Made by a program: the position numbers and the translations under genes
The notes under the pieces: model-generated
The model's database searches: none
Told to the model about the DNA's origin: nothing
Seen by the model: the letters and a program-made list of their open reading frames with translations, nothing else
IMG/VR virus record: IMGVR_UViG_3300045999_011096
Coordinates: 1-58,770 of that record
Direction: 5' to 3' (one strand)
Source: a virus
Lineage: Duplodnaviria > Caudoviricetes
DNA: 58,770 bases
In this document: one piece after another, positions 47,691 to 56,596 of the stretch
Layout: each line of letters starts with the position of its first letter
Numbering within the stretch: position 1 is the stretch's first letter

Positions 47691-49512
47691 GTTTGATGTA
47701 TTCTATTCGGGAACCAAGCCCAATTTATTTGCGCACGAACGTGAAGCTGAATCTATTGAGCATGCGCAACAGTTAAGCCGTACAAGATTCTTTTGGTGGA
47801 TCTCATACTTAGCGGACTACTCAGACTGGGATTGGCTTTGGGAACCACCACCCTGGCAAGCTCATCAACGACATGCTTGGCCCAGCCAATGGCAAAAGGA
47901 TTCCGGTACATACTTGGTGCCTCAGGCGAGTTATACTGATACAAACTATCATGTTGCACCCAGTATTTTACGGGTTCGCGGTGAAGATGTCAATTGGCAC
48001 ATACCCAGTCATATAGAAAATTTTGATACCACCTGGCACCCAGATCTCACAGATCCCCCTTACATTTACCAATTTGGCACACAACATCAACGCACCGGTG
48101 GCCCGCAGTATCGTGTGCCTGGGGCAACAGATCTTAAATTTGTGGATCAAATACGTGTGAACACCACTAGAGTGGCCACGGCCATATACGAAATAGATCA
48201 CATGGATGGTGCCGCGGGTGCTATACCCAACACCACACGTCGTGTGCGTTACTTTGACAACTATCGCGATACACTCATACGTATAGCAAAGAGCATAGGT
48301 CCCGAACATGAGTTTGTGTGGATATGTTCCTCAATCTGTGACTACAGCAACTTTGACTTCTCATGGCATCCTGAACAATGGCAAGCCGCAATGTTGCATG
48401 TGTTTGCCAGCAATGGTGAAAAGTTCGGAGACACATTCTTCATGCATGTGCCTACATTTGTACGTCGCGCCGAGAACACAGCCTTGTTAGAATGGTATGA
48501 CTGTAACTTTGTAGACGTCAGTGTACCACGTAGACCCATGCCTGTGATCCAACACAGTTACGACAGTCAAGCAGAAGCAGTTCAAGCATTGCCATTCAAC
48601 GGACCACTTGCATTGTATACCACAACAGATTATGTGTCGGGCAACTTGGCCACAGTCCCGCTATGGCGCCAAGAAACCAAAACCATTGTGCCATTGAGTG
48701 CAGGTGCAACGTCAGTGATTGTGCCCAAGGCCGCAGTAGGCGCGATAAAGACACAGTTGTACGATTATCCTTACATAGACCGAACACATCGCATGTTAAA
48801 GGAACAGCCCTTGGACATTGTGTTTATTTCAAATGGCGAACCCAATGCCAAGTCTAATTATTTGCAGATGTCCATGTATCTGGCCAACGAGTCAAGGTAC
48901 ACAAACCGCGTTCATGTGGTAGAAGGTGTAAATGGACGAGTGGCAGCATACCACGCGGCTGCCAGAGCCAGTACCACACCTTGGTTTTTTGCTGTGTTTG
49001 CCAAGCTAGAAGTAAATCAAAGGTTTGATTGGACCTGGCAACCTGATCGCATGCAACAGCCCAAGCACTACATCTTTCATGCCAAGAATCCTGTAAATGG
49101 ACTTGTGTACGGACACCAGGCCATGATTGCCTACAACCGGCAATTGACATTAGAGAATACAGGCGTCGGGTTAGATTTTACGCTGGATCAAGCACACGAA
49201 GTTGTACCTATTGTCAGTGGCACAGCCATGTATGCCGAAACACCTTGGATGGCCTGGCGTACTGCTTTCCGTGAAGCACTCAAACTTCGTGCCAGCTTGC
49301 CTGACGTGGAAAATGAATACAGACTAAAGGTCTGGTTAAAGGAAGACTCTGGCACCATTGCCAATGGACATTGGAGTCATAAAGGCGCACAGGATGCAGT
49401 GGAGTTCTATGAAGAAGTCAATGGTGATCCCACTGAGCTCAAGAAAAGCTACGAGTGGGCATGGCTTTCAAGTTATGCGTTTATAAAACGAGGACTAACA
49501 ACACATGTCTAA
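47689..49512 (+). CDS. Multi-repeat GT-A-like protein (C-terminal domain paralogous to 30649-31575)
   Basis: DIVFISNGEPNA, GVNGRVAAYHAAA, NPVNGLVYGH, AWRTAFREALKL; repeated (F/W)D..W.P units. Confidence 0.65.
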   Translation: MFDVFYSGTKPNLFAHEREAESIEHAQQLSRTRFFWWISYLADYSDWDWLWEPPPWQAHQRHAWPSQWQKDSGTYLVPQASYTDTNYHVAPSILRVRGEDVNWHIPSHIENFDTTWHPDLTDPPYIYQFGTQHQRTGGPQYRVPGATDLKFVDQIRVNTTRVATAIYEIDHMDGAAGAIPNTTRRVRYFDNYRDTLIRIAKSIGPEHEFVWICSSICDYSNFDFSWHPEQWQAAMLHVFASNGEKFGDTFFMHVPTFVRRAENTALLEWYDCNFVDVSVPRRPMPVIQHSYDSQAEAVQALPFNGPLALYTTTDYVSGNLATVPLWRQETKTIVPLSAGATSVIVPKAAVGAIKTQLYDYPYIDRTHRMLKEQPLDIVFISNGEPNAKSNYLQMSMYLANESRYTNRVHVVEGVNGRVAAYHAAARASTTPWFFAVFAKLEVNQRFDWTWQPDRMQQPKHYIFHAKNPVNGLVYGHQAMIAYNRQLTLENTGVGLDFTLDQAHEVVPIVSGTAMYAETPWMAWRTAFREALKLRASLPDVENEYRLKVWLKEDSGTIANGHWSHKGAQDAVEFYEEVNGDPTELKKSYEWAWLSSYAFIKRGLTTHV

Positions 49513-50164
49513 ACATTTTTCAGATTCTGAATATATTTTAAATTTTGGAGATAGCTGGGCTCATGCAGCCGATGCTGGACACCAGGACGGTTACTCATAT
49601 CTAATGAGTTGTTCTCTAAGGTTAACTTGGAAAGATTATAGTGTGCCTAGCAGTAGTGTAGGAAACATGATTTTGCAGTTACAAAATTTCTTAAAGACGG
49701 ACTACAATCAGAATCATAATTATACTGCATTATTTTTTGTAACTGCACAGGAACGGCAGTTGATGTTTGATGCAAACGGGAATCCAGTTGACTATCATCC
49801 TCAACAGCACGGAGAGTACTATCAAAAATACTACAATCATCGATTAGGAAATTATAGCCTTAACACTGCAATGATTACACTACAATCTATATGTCGTAGA
49901 TACAAGATAAAGGATCATTACTTACTTGGTTGGCAATTGCCAATGCTATGGCACGAAGTTGATGTAACTAAGTTCTACGACTACGGCCGTAGCAGTGCTA
50001 TAAACATGTTTGCTGGTCCAGATGCTAATTTAATTGATCTAATGACTGACAACCATCCTTGTCTAATATCATCAACAAACGGCCACCCGAGCAAAGAAGG
50101 GCACCGCAAGATTTATGAAGAATGGCTCAAATGGATACAGCAACCGCATCAAGTACTTGACTAG
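49505..50164 (+). CDS. SGNH/GDSL-like protein
   Basis: FGDSWAH at the N-terminus and NGHPSKEGH at the C-terminus. Confidence 0.7.
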   Translation: MSKHFSDSEYILNFGDSWAHAADAGHQDGYSYLMSCSLRLTWKDYSVPSSSVGNMILQLQNFLKTDYNQNHNYTALFFVTAQERQLMFDANGNPVDYHPQQHGEYYQKYYNHRLGNYSLNTAMITLQSICRRYKIKDHYLLGWQLPMLWHEVDVTKFYDYGRSSAINMFAGPDANLIDLMTDNHPCLISSTNGHPSKEGHRKIYEEWLKWIQQPHQVLD

Positions 50165-51209
50165 CGATATACTCAACTTCGTCGCCGGTTAGTTCAGGAT
50201 AGATAGGGAAACTTAAACAACGTCTACTCAATGAGCTGGCAGCGCTCAACATGTCAGGACCTTGATAATGCTGGTATGCTGGTAGCTCGTGTAACGGATG
50301 TGCATAGTGTACCTTTGTTTCAATCCCACGTTCTTTTAGTTTCTTTGCTACTTCGTCTCTGTTATCTATCTCAACCACAAACTTGTGAAAGCTATGTGTA
50401 TCAAAGTTTGTTTCGTTGATCAGGCAACGCACAGGTGAGTCCTTAAACTTATACATCCAGTAGTGTGCAATGTACCTGCGGCGTGCTTGCCAATCGTTTA
50501 TATACTTTGCTTTAACTAACAGTTGGGCACAGTCTACTTCACTCATGCGTGAGTTTGTACCTACTTCAGCATGTCCGGTACTCTTGCCATTGTCAGTCCA
50601 CCCACGTGCATAATTTAACAGTTCTTGATCGTCTGTAACAATAGCGCCGCCATTGCCGTAGTTACCTAAGTTCTTCATGGGATCAAAACTGATTGCAGCA
50701 CCCATGCCCCACCGATTGCCATTGTCAGCAAGCCAATGTTGGGCAGCATCTTCGATCAAGCCAGTTTGGATTCGAATGTCTCTAGGCAACGCTGCCCCAT
50801 ACAACCCTATGCCGAGTACAGCTTGGTACGAAACTGTTCGATCAACTTTGTTCAAATCTATGATGCCATATGCATTAGTATCGGCAAAGTTTATGTTCCA
50901 TCCTGCACGAATAAATGCATTAGCTGACGCAGGAAAGGTCAGTGACGGAACAAGTACTGTAGGAGGATGTATCCCTAGTCTTTGTCGAGCATAGCTGGCA
51001 ATAATTTCTAGTGCTTGTGTGCCCGAATGACACACCGCAGCATACTTTGTTTGATTCTTGCCGGCAAGCCACAGTTCAAAATGTGCAGTCCTTGGTCCGT
51101 TCATGAGAATACCAGATGTCAACACAGAATCTGTTGCATCCAGTATTTCTTGGCGTAGGTTGTTATACTGTCTTTTTAGACCAGTAAACGCTATTTGATA
51201 ACCACTCAT
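50127..51209 (-). CDS. DegT/DnrJ/EryC1/StrS PLP-dependent sugar aminotransferase
   Basis: SGTQALE, IEDAAQ, SFDPMKNLGNYGNGGAIVT (PLP Lys), GTNSRM, FPIYPEL. Confidence 0.93.
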   Translation of the reverse strand: MSGYQIAFTGLKRQYNNLRQEILDATDSVLTSGILMNGPRTAHFELWLAGKNQTKYAAVCHSGTQALEIIASYARQRLGIHPPTVLVPSLTFPASANAFIRAGWNINFADTNAYGIIDLNKVDRTVSYQAVLGIGLYGAALPRDIRIQTGLIEDAAQHWLADNGNRWGMGAAISFDPMKNLGNYGNGGAIVTDDQELLNYARGWTDNGKSTGHAEVGTNSRMSEVDCAQLLVKAKYINDWQARRRYIAHYWMYKFKDSPVRCLINETNFDTHSFHKFVVEIDNRDEVAKKLKERGIETKVHYAHPLHELPAYQHYQGPDMLSAASSLSRRCLSFPIYPELTGDEVEYIASQVLDAVAVSI

Positions 51210-52134
51210 AATATTTCTGGAAGCCTTCTTCAACGTCTACTTTGGGGTCAAAGCCTAGGATAGTTCTAGCACGGTCAATGTTCAATGCGCCACGGCTGGG
51301 AAAGTCTGCGTCTTTGTTGCGTACCTCAATCTCACCTCGGCCCACAATCTTCACAATCATTTCGGCGGCTTCCAGTAAGCTGACACTGTGAGATTTAGTG
51401 ATGTTAAATGTTTTGTTGGCACTCATAATACGTGTTGCAGCGGCCACAATACCATCTGCAGCATCATCTACGTAGGTAAAGTCCAAAGTTTCTCCTGCAC
51501 CATTGACTTTGAGTATATTACCTCGCATGGCAGCAAGCATGAACTTGGCAACCACACGGTCTTCCACATCCAGTGGCCCATACACAGCACTGGGACGTAT
51601 AACACAATAATCAAAAGCACCGCGACGATGATAGTCTCGAACAAGATCTTCTCCTGCAAGTTTCATAATACCATATTGACCAATGGGTTTGCATGAATCG
51701 TCTTCCAGTACCTGATCCTCAAAATCTCCGTACACCATGCTACTGGATATGTAAACCACACGCTCTACACCGTGCAATTTGGCACTCTCGCAAACGTTGA
51801 TCAAACCTTCCATCATGACTCTAGCACCCCAGGCAGGGTTGGCATTTACAACTTTTTGTCGCGGAAAGCTGGCCATGTGTATGATTGTTTCTGGCCGGTG
51901 ATTGGCCACCACACGGTCAAACGCTTCAGCATCTGAGATATCAGTGCGATATATGTGTTGTGTTTTGATCTTCTTGCCGCGCTCGCCCAACAAGTACTCT
52001 AATTCAGCTTGTGGAATTATACCATAGTTGGTCATGACATCCACAATCACAACTTCGTGACCCTTGTCTTCTAGACGTTGCACCACGTTATGCCCAATCA
52101 AGCCCATGCCGCCTGTTACTAAAAATTTACTCAT
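51163..52134 (-). CDS. NAD-dependent NDP-sugar epimerase/dehydratase
   Basis: TGGMGLIG, SSSMVYG, YGIMK, DFTYVDD. Confidence 0.93.
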   Translation of the reverse strand: MSKFLVTGGMGLIGHNVVQRLEDKGHEVVIVDVMTNYGIIPQAELEYLLGERGKKIKTQHIYRTDISDAEAFDRVVANHRPETIIHMASFPRQKVVNANPAWGARVMMEGLINVCESAKLHGVERVVYISSSMVYGDFEDQVLEDDSCKPIGQYGIMKLAGEDLVRDYHRRGAFDYCVIRPSAVYGPLDVEDRVVAKFMLAAMRGNILKVNGAGETLDFTYVDDAADGIVAAATRIMSANKTFNITKSHSVSLLEAAEMIVKIVGRGEIEVRNKDADFPSRGALNIDRARTILGFDPKVDVEEGFQKYYEWLSNSVYWSKKTV

Positions 52135-52463
52135 TTTATATTTCCCCATTTAAGCTGCCAAAACATTTCATTTTGTTCACTGAGTCTGGCCATGACGCAA
52201 TATCTGTGACTATATGAAGTGTGATCAAGTTGACGCATCCAATATGGTTGTTCTACAGCATGCTCCATGACCCAGCTACCAGCCTCACTATTTTGCCAGT
52301 TCCACAACGGCTCTCCTGCCATGATATCGGGATCCTCAACGTCGCCCATGGAGAACTCATACACACAAACATCGCGAAAACGCACTGCTTGCCCGTCAAC
52401 GACTAATGTGTGTTGAGGTCGCCAGTGCGAATACTGTGCTTGATCTCGGTCCGATATAGCCAT
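52131..52463 (-). CDS. Hypothetical protein
   Basis: Coupled to the epimerase; MGDVEDPDI motif; promoter immediately upstream. Confidence 0.7.
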   Translation of the reverse strand: MAISDRDQAQYSHWRPQHTLVVDGQAVRFRDVCVYEFSMGDVEDPDIMAGEPLWNWQNSEAGSWVMEHAVEQPYWMRQLDHTSYSHRYCVMARLSEQNEMFWQLKWGNIK

Positions 52464-52468
52464 GCTAC

Positions 52469-52497
52469 ATTATAGCATTATTTTGCTACAAGGTCAC
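52469..52497 (-). promoter_or_regulatory. Sigma70-like promoter
   Basis: GTGACC-N17-TATAAT, 5 nt before the ATG. Confidence 0.65.
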
Positions 52498-53167
52498 TGG
52501 CCATTGGAAAGATTTTAGAGATAACTTCGGCACAGGCCAGGGCGATTTGCTGATGTTCTTTTTGTGTACCGTTGCCTGAGCGCAGTTCGATAAAGTGAAT
52601 CCAGCTACGCAAGGTACCGTTCATGTACATGCGACTCACAGTAAGCCCTTCGGGCAACACAGCTCGGGCCTGTTCCTTGGCAATACCATTGTCAATGGCC
52701 CACCGGTATTCTTGTGTGACAGCAAACAGCACACGTTTTTGGGCACGTTCCCACTCAATACCCAATAGTCGTTGTTGCTCGTCGGTGGGATCCAGTTCTA
52801 CACTGTTTTGTCTATTTTTGAGGTCTTGGAATCTTGCGTCTCTAAGTACAAATGCACTTTCGAGTTCTGCGGTAGGGTCTGCATATCGCTGGGAGAACTC
52901 TTGGAAACTGAAACTTCTGTGACGGAGGATTTGACGAGCGATGTCCCGGGTAGTAACAATCTCCATACATGCTGAAACCATCTCAAGAGGACTCCAGTGT
53001 TGGTGTCGTATGAGATACCTGATAAGACGATCTGATGTTTCGGTGTTGAATTGGTTGGCCGGGTTGGAGACTCGGGCACAGTAGGCGATGAGCTCTTGAG
53101 CGTCTCCGATACCGTTGTTGACAAATTCTTCTGTAGGTTGCGAATAGGAGACAAGTCGGACATTCAT
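52478..53167 (-). CDS. thyX: FAD-dependent thymidylate synthase
   Basis: ThyX motif RHRSFSFQEFSQRY; HWSPLE; KEQARAVLP. Confidence 0.95.
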   Translation of the reverse strand: MNVRLVSYSQPTEEFVNNGIGDAQELIAYCARVSNPANQFNTETSDRLIRYLIRHQHWSPLEMVSACMEIVTTRDIARQILRHRSFSFQEFSQRYADPTAELESAFVLRDARFQDLKNRQNSVELDPTDEQQRLLGIEWERAQKRVLFAVTQEYRWAIDNGIAKEQARAVLPEGLTVSRMYMNGTLRSWIHFIELRSGNGTQKEHQQIALACAEVISKIFPMASDLVAK

Positions 53168-53466
53168 AAATCTTTTAGTAATCGATCAGTTTGTGGCTGA
53201 ACCAGCTTGGCAACTTCAGTGACATCAACAACAAAATCAATGTCATGCACTGCATCACCAAGCTCGGTCAATGTGCGTGTTAGCACAGTCTCAACTTCGT
53301 TCAAATCAAGACCTTGTCGTTTCAGGGTGCTTAGATTGATGGTTTTTTGACGACGATCATGCAATCTAATCACAACTTTTTTAATGCATTCAAGAGGGAC
53401 TTCAGTTTTATTGACTTCTTCAATAATGTGTTCCCACTGTTGAATGAACTCGTCACTGAACGGCAT
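53164..53466 (-). CDS. Hypothetical protein
   Basis: Coupled ORF in the minus-strand operon. Confidence 0.7.
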   Translation of the reverse strand: MPFSDEFIQQWEHIIEEVNKTEVPLECIKKVVIRLHDRRQKTINLSTLKRQGLDLNEVETVLTRTLTELGDAVHDIDFVVDVTEVAKLVQPQTDRLLKDL

Positions 53467-54193
53467 CGGCAGTCACTACCTTGGCTTTAGGAGGACGACC
53501 CTTTTTGGGTGCTGATGGAGTTGGTATGGCTGCTTCGGGTGCTGAATAATCACTGAGATTCACAGATGGGTTCAAACCCTGTGCTTCTTTTTTCATTCGT
53601 GCTGCCTCGGCAATTAGTCCCTTGGCTTCAGCTTCCATGCGCTTGGCTTGTGCCAGCATGTTGGCAGCCAAAGTCTTGTCATCCAAGGCGCCATCGGCGC
53701 TGGACATTGGTGAAACAGGCTTGGTTGGATTTTGTGCCTGGCGTTCCTGGGCACGTTTGAATTCAGCTTCGGCTTTGCGTTTCTGTGCGGGATCCACAAT
53801 GCCTGAACTTGCGTCAAGTTCTTGCAGACGTTTGAGAGCTTCACCACCTTGTTCCATTTCGCGAATGATCTTGTTCATTTCATCCAGCTTTACATTGCTT
53901 TGTGAAGTGGGGGTCACAATTACTTGATTGGCAGGGATCTTCTTGATCATGCCTTCGCGGTGCAAGGCCTCTAGTTGAGGACGTCCGTCGGGCAGGAGAC
54001 TTCTGTGCAACACTTCTGACAGATTGTTGGCTGCTTGACCGGGGGCACTTTCCAAAGTACTCATGATACTGTTGTGAATGTGCGTGGGCATGGTCTCGGG
54101 ATATACCACAAGGCACATGTGTTCCTCACCGGGTACTTCTCTAAAGAGAATAGCAACCTTGCGGTCGCCGTGTCGTCCTATGTGTTTAAGCAT
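53453..54193 (-). CDS. Hypothetical protein with a coiled coil and basic C-terminal tail
   Basis: AAGGAG RBS; KKGRPPKAK near the C-terminus. Confidence 0.75.
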   Translation of the reverse strand: MLKHIGRHGDRKVAILFREVPGEEHMCLVVYPETMPTHIHNSIMSTLESAPGQAANNLSEVLHRSLLPDGRPQLEALHREGMIKKIPANQVIVTPTSQSNVKLDEMNKIIREMEQGGEALKRLQELDASSGIVDPAQKRKAEAEFKRAQERQAQNPTKPVSPMSSADGALDDKTLAANMLAQAKRMEAEAKGLIAEAARMKKEAQGLNPSVNLSDYSAPEAAIPTPSAPKKGRPPKAKVVTADAVQ

Positions 54194-54395
54194 TTTGATC
54201 TCCTTGTGATTGTGCTTGTTCTTCTTCTTGAGCTTTTTGTTGGGCTACAACAGCATCAAGAAAAGCCGACAGTTTGTCGTAAACTTCGCCGACTGATTTC
54301 ATTTCTGCGGCCTTGAATGCACCGCGAGTACATGCAGCGTCAATGATTTGTTTGAGACTTGCCAGGTCTGCAAGAGTAAGTTGAGTGTTTTCCAT
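54186..54395 (-). CDS. Small helical viral protein
   Basis: DLASLKQIIDAACTRGAFKAAEMKSVGEVYDKL; preceded by a TAAATA box. Confidence 0.75.
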   Translation of the reverse strand: MENTQLTLADLASLKQIIDAACTRGAFKAAEMKSVGEVYDKLSAFLDAVVAQQKAQEEEQAQSQGDQNA

Positions 54396-54400
54396 ATAGA

Positions 54401-54406
54401 TATTTA
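54401..54406 (-). promoter_or_regulatory. Putative late promoter (TAAATA)
   Basis: TATTTA on the + strand, 5 nt before the ATG at 54395. Confidence 0.55.
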
Positions 54407-54432
54407 ATGCCTAAATACCTACATTAATTATT

Positions 54433-54648
54433 TTACGGGTTGTTTTGGAGAAATTGATTCAGGCGATGCACTGCTTCATCAAAGTCAACTGCCCAAACTA
54501 GTGCTTCTAATGTGGTGCCACGAATGGTGATATCAAACGGAACAACACCGTTGAAAACAACACCATTTGGCACTTCAGTTACAACAGTAAATTCTTGTAA
54601 GTTTTTGGCTCTGAAAATCAGATTGGTTGCCATGTCAGCTGAGTTCAT
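54433..54648 (-). CDS. Hypothetical protein
   Basis: ATGA-coupled ORF. Confidence 0.65.
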   Translation of the reverse strand: MNSADMATNLIFRAKNLQEFTVVTEVPNGVVFNGVVPFDITIRGTTLEALVWAVDFDEAVHRLNQFLQNNP

Positions 54649-54884
54649 CGGTATGCCTTTATGTCTTTGTGCTTGACGATTAAAATGTGATGCACTTTAT
54701 CTTGGTACTTGATAGGCAAGTCCAAATGCACAGTAATTTCAGGACCATCCCGTTCGTTGATCAGTCGGTCATTGCCAACTGTGCCCACAAACGGGATTTT
54801 GTTCCAGCGACCAAACACACGATCACCAATGAACCATGTTGGCTTGTATCCAACCCGATTGAAGTAATCGGTTTGAATACCCAT
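54645..54884 (-). CDS. Hypothetical protein (SH3-like beta pattern)
   Basis: IGDRVFGRWNKIPFVGTV; coupled ORF. Confidence 0.65.
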   Translation of the reverse strand: MGIQTDYFNRVGYKPTWFIGDRVFGRWNKIPFVGTVGNDRLINERDGPEITVHLDLPIKYQDKVHHILIVKHKDIKAYR

Positions 54885-55090
54885 TACAGTTTGCTTTCGT
54901 GAATTAGTCGTTCAAATGTGTCCCACAAACGTTCAAATTTTTGTTCGTAATAGGCACTCAAGGTCGACAAGTCTGCACCTTGCTCCTTCCATAACCTGAT
55001 GTCTGTGGTAACTTTCCAGCACTCCAAGATGTCTTGTTCAAGATCAAAACGATCTCGTGCTTTTTCACTTGTTTGGTTTTCGCCACTCAT
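54884..55090 (-). CDS. Hypothetical protein
   Basis: DRFDLEQDILECW...YEQKFERLWDTFE; coupled ORF. Confidence 0.65.
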   Translation of the reverse strand: MSGENQTSEKARDRFDLEQDILECWKVTTDIRLWKEQGADLSTLSAYYEQKFERLWDTFERLIHESKL

Positions 55091-55214
55091 GTTTTGCCAC
55101 CTTTGCTTCGTAAATGATTTTTTTGATTAATTTCCAACCCGGGTGCCACATGTATCCTACAGCAGCACCAATTACAAAATAGTTCACAGCTATTCGGAAT
55201 TCTTCCCAGTTCAT
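55065..55214 (-). CDS. 49-aa putative membrane peptide, not in the ORF track
   Basis: MNWEEFRIAVNYFVIGAAVGYMWHPGWKLIKKIIYEAKVAKHEWRKPNK fills the gap after the VWA gene. Confidence 0.55.
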   Translation of the reverse strand: MNWEEFRIAVNYFVIGAAVGYMWHPGWKLIKKIIYEAKVAKHEWRKPNK

Positions 55215-55219
55215 GTCAA

Positions 55220-56521
55220 TTAATTGTGTTTTTCTTCTTCATAGTAGGCGTATTGACCCCAGGGCGGAACAATGCTAGTGGTGCCGTGCAAAATCCACAC
55301 AGTGTCAGCATAGTTTTCGTCGCCCCACGAACCAAACGGGTAGCCGTCTGTGAACACCACCAGTCGTTTGGGCTCAATTTCGTTGTCCTTCAAGTACTTG
55401 AAGATGCAATCAAAGTCTGTACCACCACCACCAGTTACTTCGTAGTCGCAAATACTATCCAAATTGTCCGAGTCATATTGTGCAGGATTGTATGCATCAG
55501 TATCAAAAGTGATCACGTGAATACGATATGCAGGGAACGAGTCCATGATGCCTTGAATCTCACCCAAGAAGTCTTTCAACATTTTTTCGCTGATACTACC
55601 CGAAGCGTCCAATGCAATGGCAATGTCAATCATGGGATCTTGCTTCATACCCGGCATCACTGCATCCATGTGCCAACCGCGTCGGCTGGCTCGCATCCAG
55701 GTGTAGTCTGACTTGATGGTGCTCTCCAATTGCATACGCAACAGTTCGCGCCAGTTCATCTTGGGCTCGGTAAGCTCTTGGATCAAACGCTTGACACCAG
55801 CGGGCAAGTTTCCAGCACCGTCCACGGTAGCAGCCGCTGCCAACATGGCCTCTTTGATCTCGTCTTTGATTTGTTGTTTTTCGGCATCGCTCAACTTGGG
55901 ACGACCTTTGCCATCTTCGCCGTCGCTATCACCTTCGCCGTCGCCATCCATGTGTTCGTCGATCATTTTGTCCAGCAAGTTGCTGAGACTGATTTTTTGC
56001 ACATTCTTCATCAAGTCTTCGTAGACTTCTTCAGAGCTCAGGCCATCGTACTTGCGATCGTACAAACAAGGCACCGAAGTAATCATGTCACCAACGCGGT
56101 GTTTTACCAAATCGCCGTTGACACAGTAATCGTTGGCAATATTCCAAATCTGCGGATCACGATCACCGCGGCGACCAAAGTGGTCATATACACAATGCAA
56201 CACTTCGTGTCCAAACAGGAACTCAATCTCTTTGGGTTTCAGCAGTTTGATAAAGCGGCTATTGTAGTAGAAGTGACGGCCGTCTGTTGCGGCAGTAGCA
56301 CACCACTCGTCGGCATTGACCAACTTGAGTCGAGTAGCAAGATTACCAAAGAAGCTGGCCTTGAGCAGCAGGCCTACACGAGCAGTGACCAATAGCTCAC
56401 GCACATCACGATCCAGTTTGGGATCAGTGGGGCCAATCAGATTGGCAAACTTTTTGGCATCTTCTTTGGTAGCAGTGGTACCGGCTGTGGCATGCAGAAT
56501 GTTGGGATTGAAATATTGCAT
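55220..56521 (-). CDS. Metallopeptidase-like plus VWA domain protein (DUF2201-type)
   Basis: TAATDG, HEVLH (HExxH), DASGS (MIDAS), GGGGTDF, VFTDG; AAGGAG RBS. Confidence 0.9.
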   Translation of the reverse strand: MQYFNPNILHATAGTTATKEDAKKFANLIGPTDPKLDRDVRELLVTARVGLLLKASFFGNLATRLKLVNADEWCATAATDGRHFYYNSRFIKLLKPKEIEFLFGHEVLHCVYDHFGRRGDRDPQIWNIANDYCVNGDLVKHRVGDMITSVPCLYDRKYDGLSSEEVYEDLMKNVQKISLSNLLDKMIDEHMDGDGEGDSDGEDGKGRPKLSDAEKQQIKDEIKEAMLAAAATVDGAGNLPAGVKRLIQELTEPKMNWRELLRMQLESTIKSDYTWMRASRRGWHMDAVMPGMKQDPMIDIAIALDASGSISEKMLKDFLGEIQGIMDSFPAYRIHVITFDTDAYNPAQYDSDNLDSICDYEVTGGGGTDFDCIFKYLKDNEIEPKRLVVFTDGYPFGSWGDENYADTVWILHGTTSIVPPWGQYAYYEEEKHN

Positions 56522-56544
56522 AGATGCTCCTTAACTGTTTCTAT

Positions 56545-56573
56545 ATTATAGCACGAGTTGAATTATTGGTCAA
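56545..56573 (-). promoter_or_regulatory. Sigma70-like early promoter
   Basis: TTGACC-N17-TATAAT. Confidence 0.8.
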
Positions 56574-56596
56574 CTGTTACTTGATAATACTCAAGT

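Noticed and set aside
28457-52134. Host LPS/capsule locus, or a true saxitoxin/antibiotic cluster
   Set aside because: It is flanked by phage genes with shared promoter boxes and has no Wzx/Wzy/ABC exporter, SxtA-like PKS, cyclitol synthase or resistance gene. Only the enzyme families are shared.
52478-53167. thyX as evidence that the cluster hypermodifies DNA
   Set aside because: The ThyX motif is canonical, and no hydroxymethylase, modified-nucleotide kinase or base-modifying enzyme is recognisable here. DNA modification is not excluded but is unsupported.
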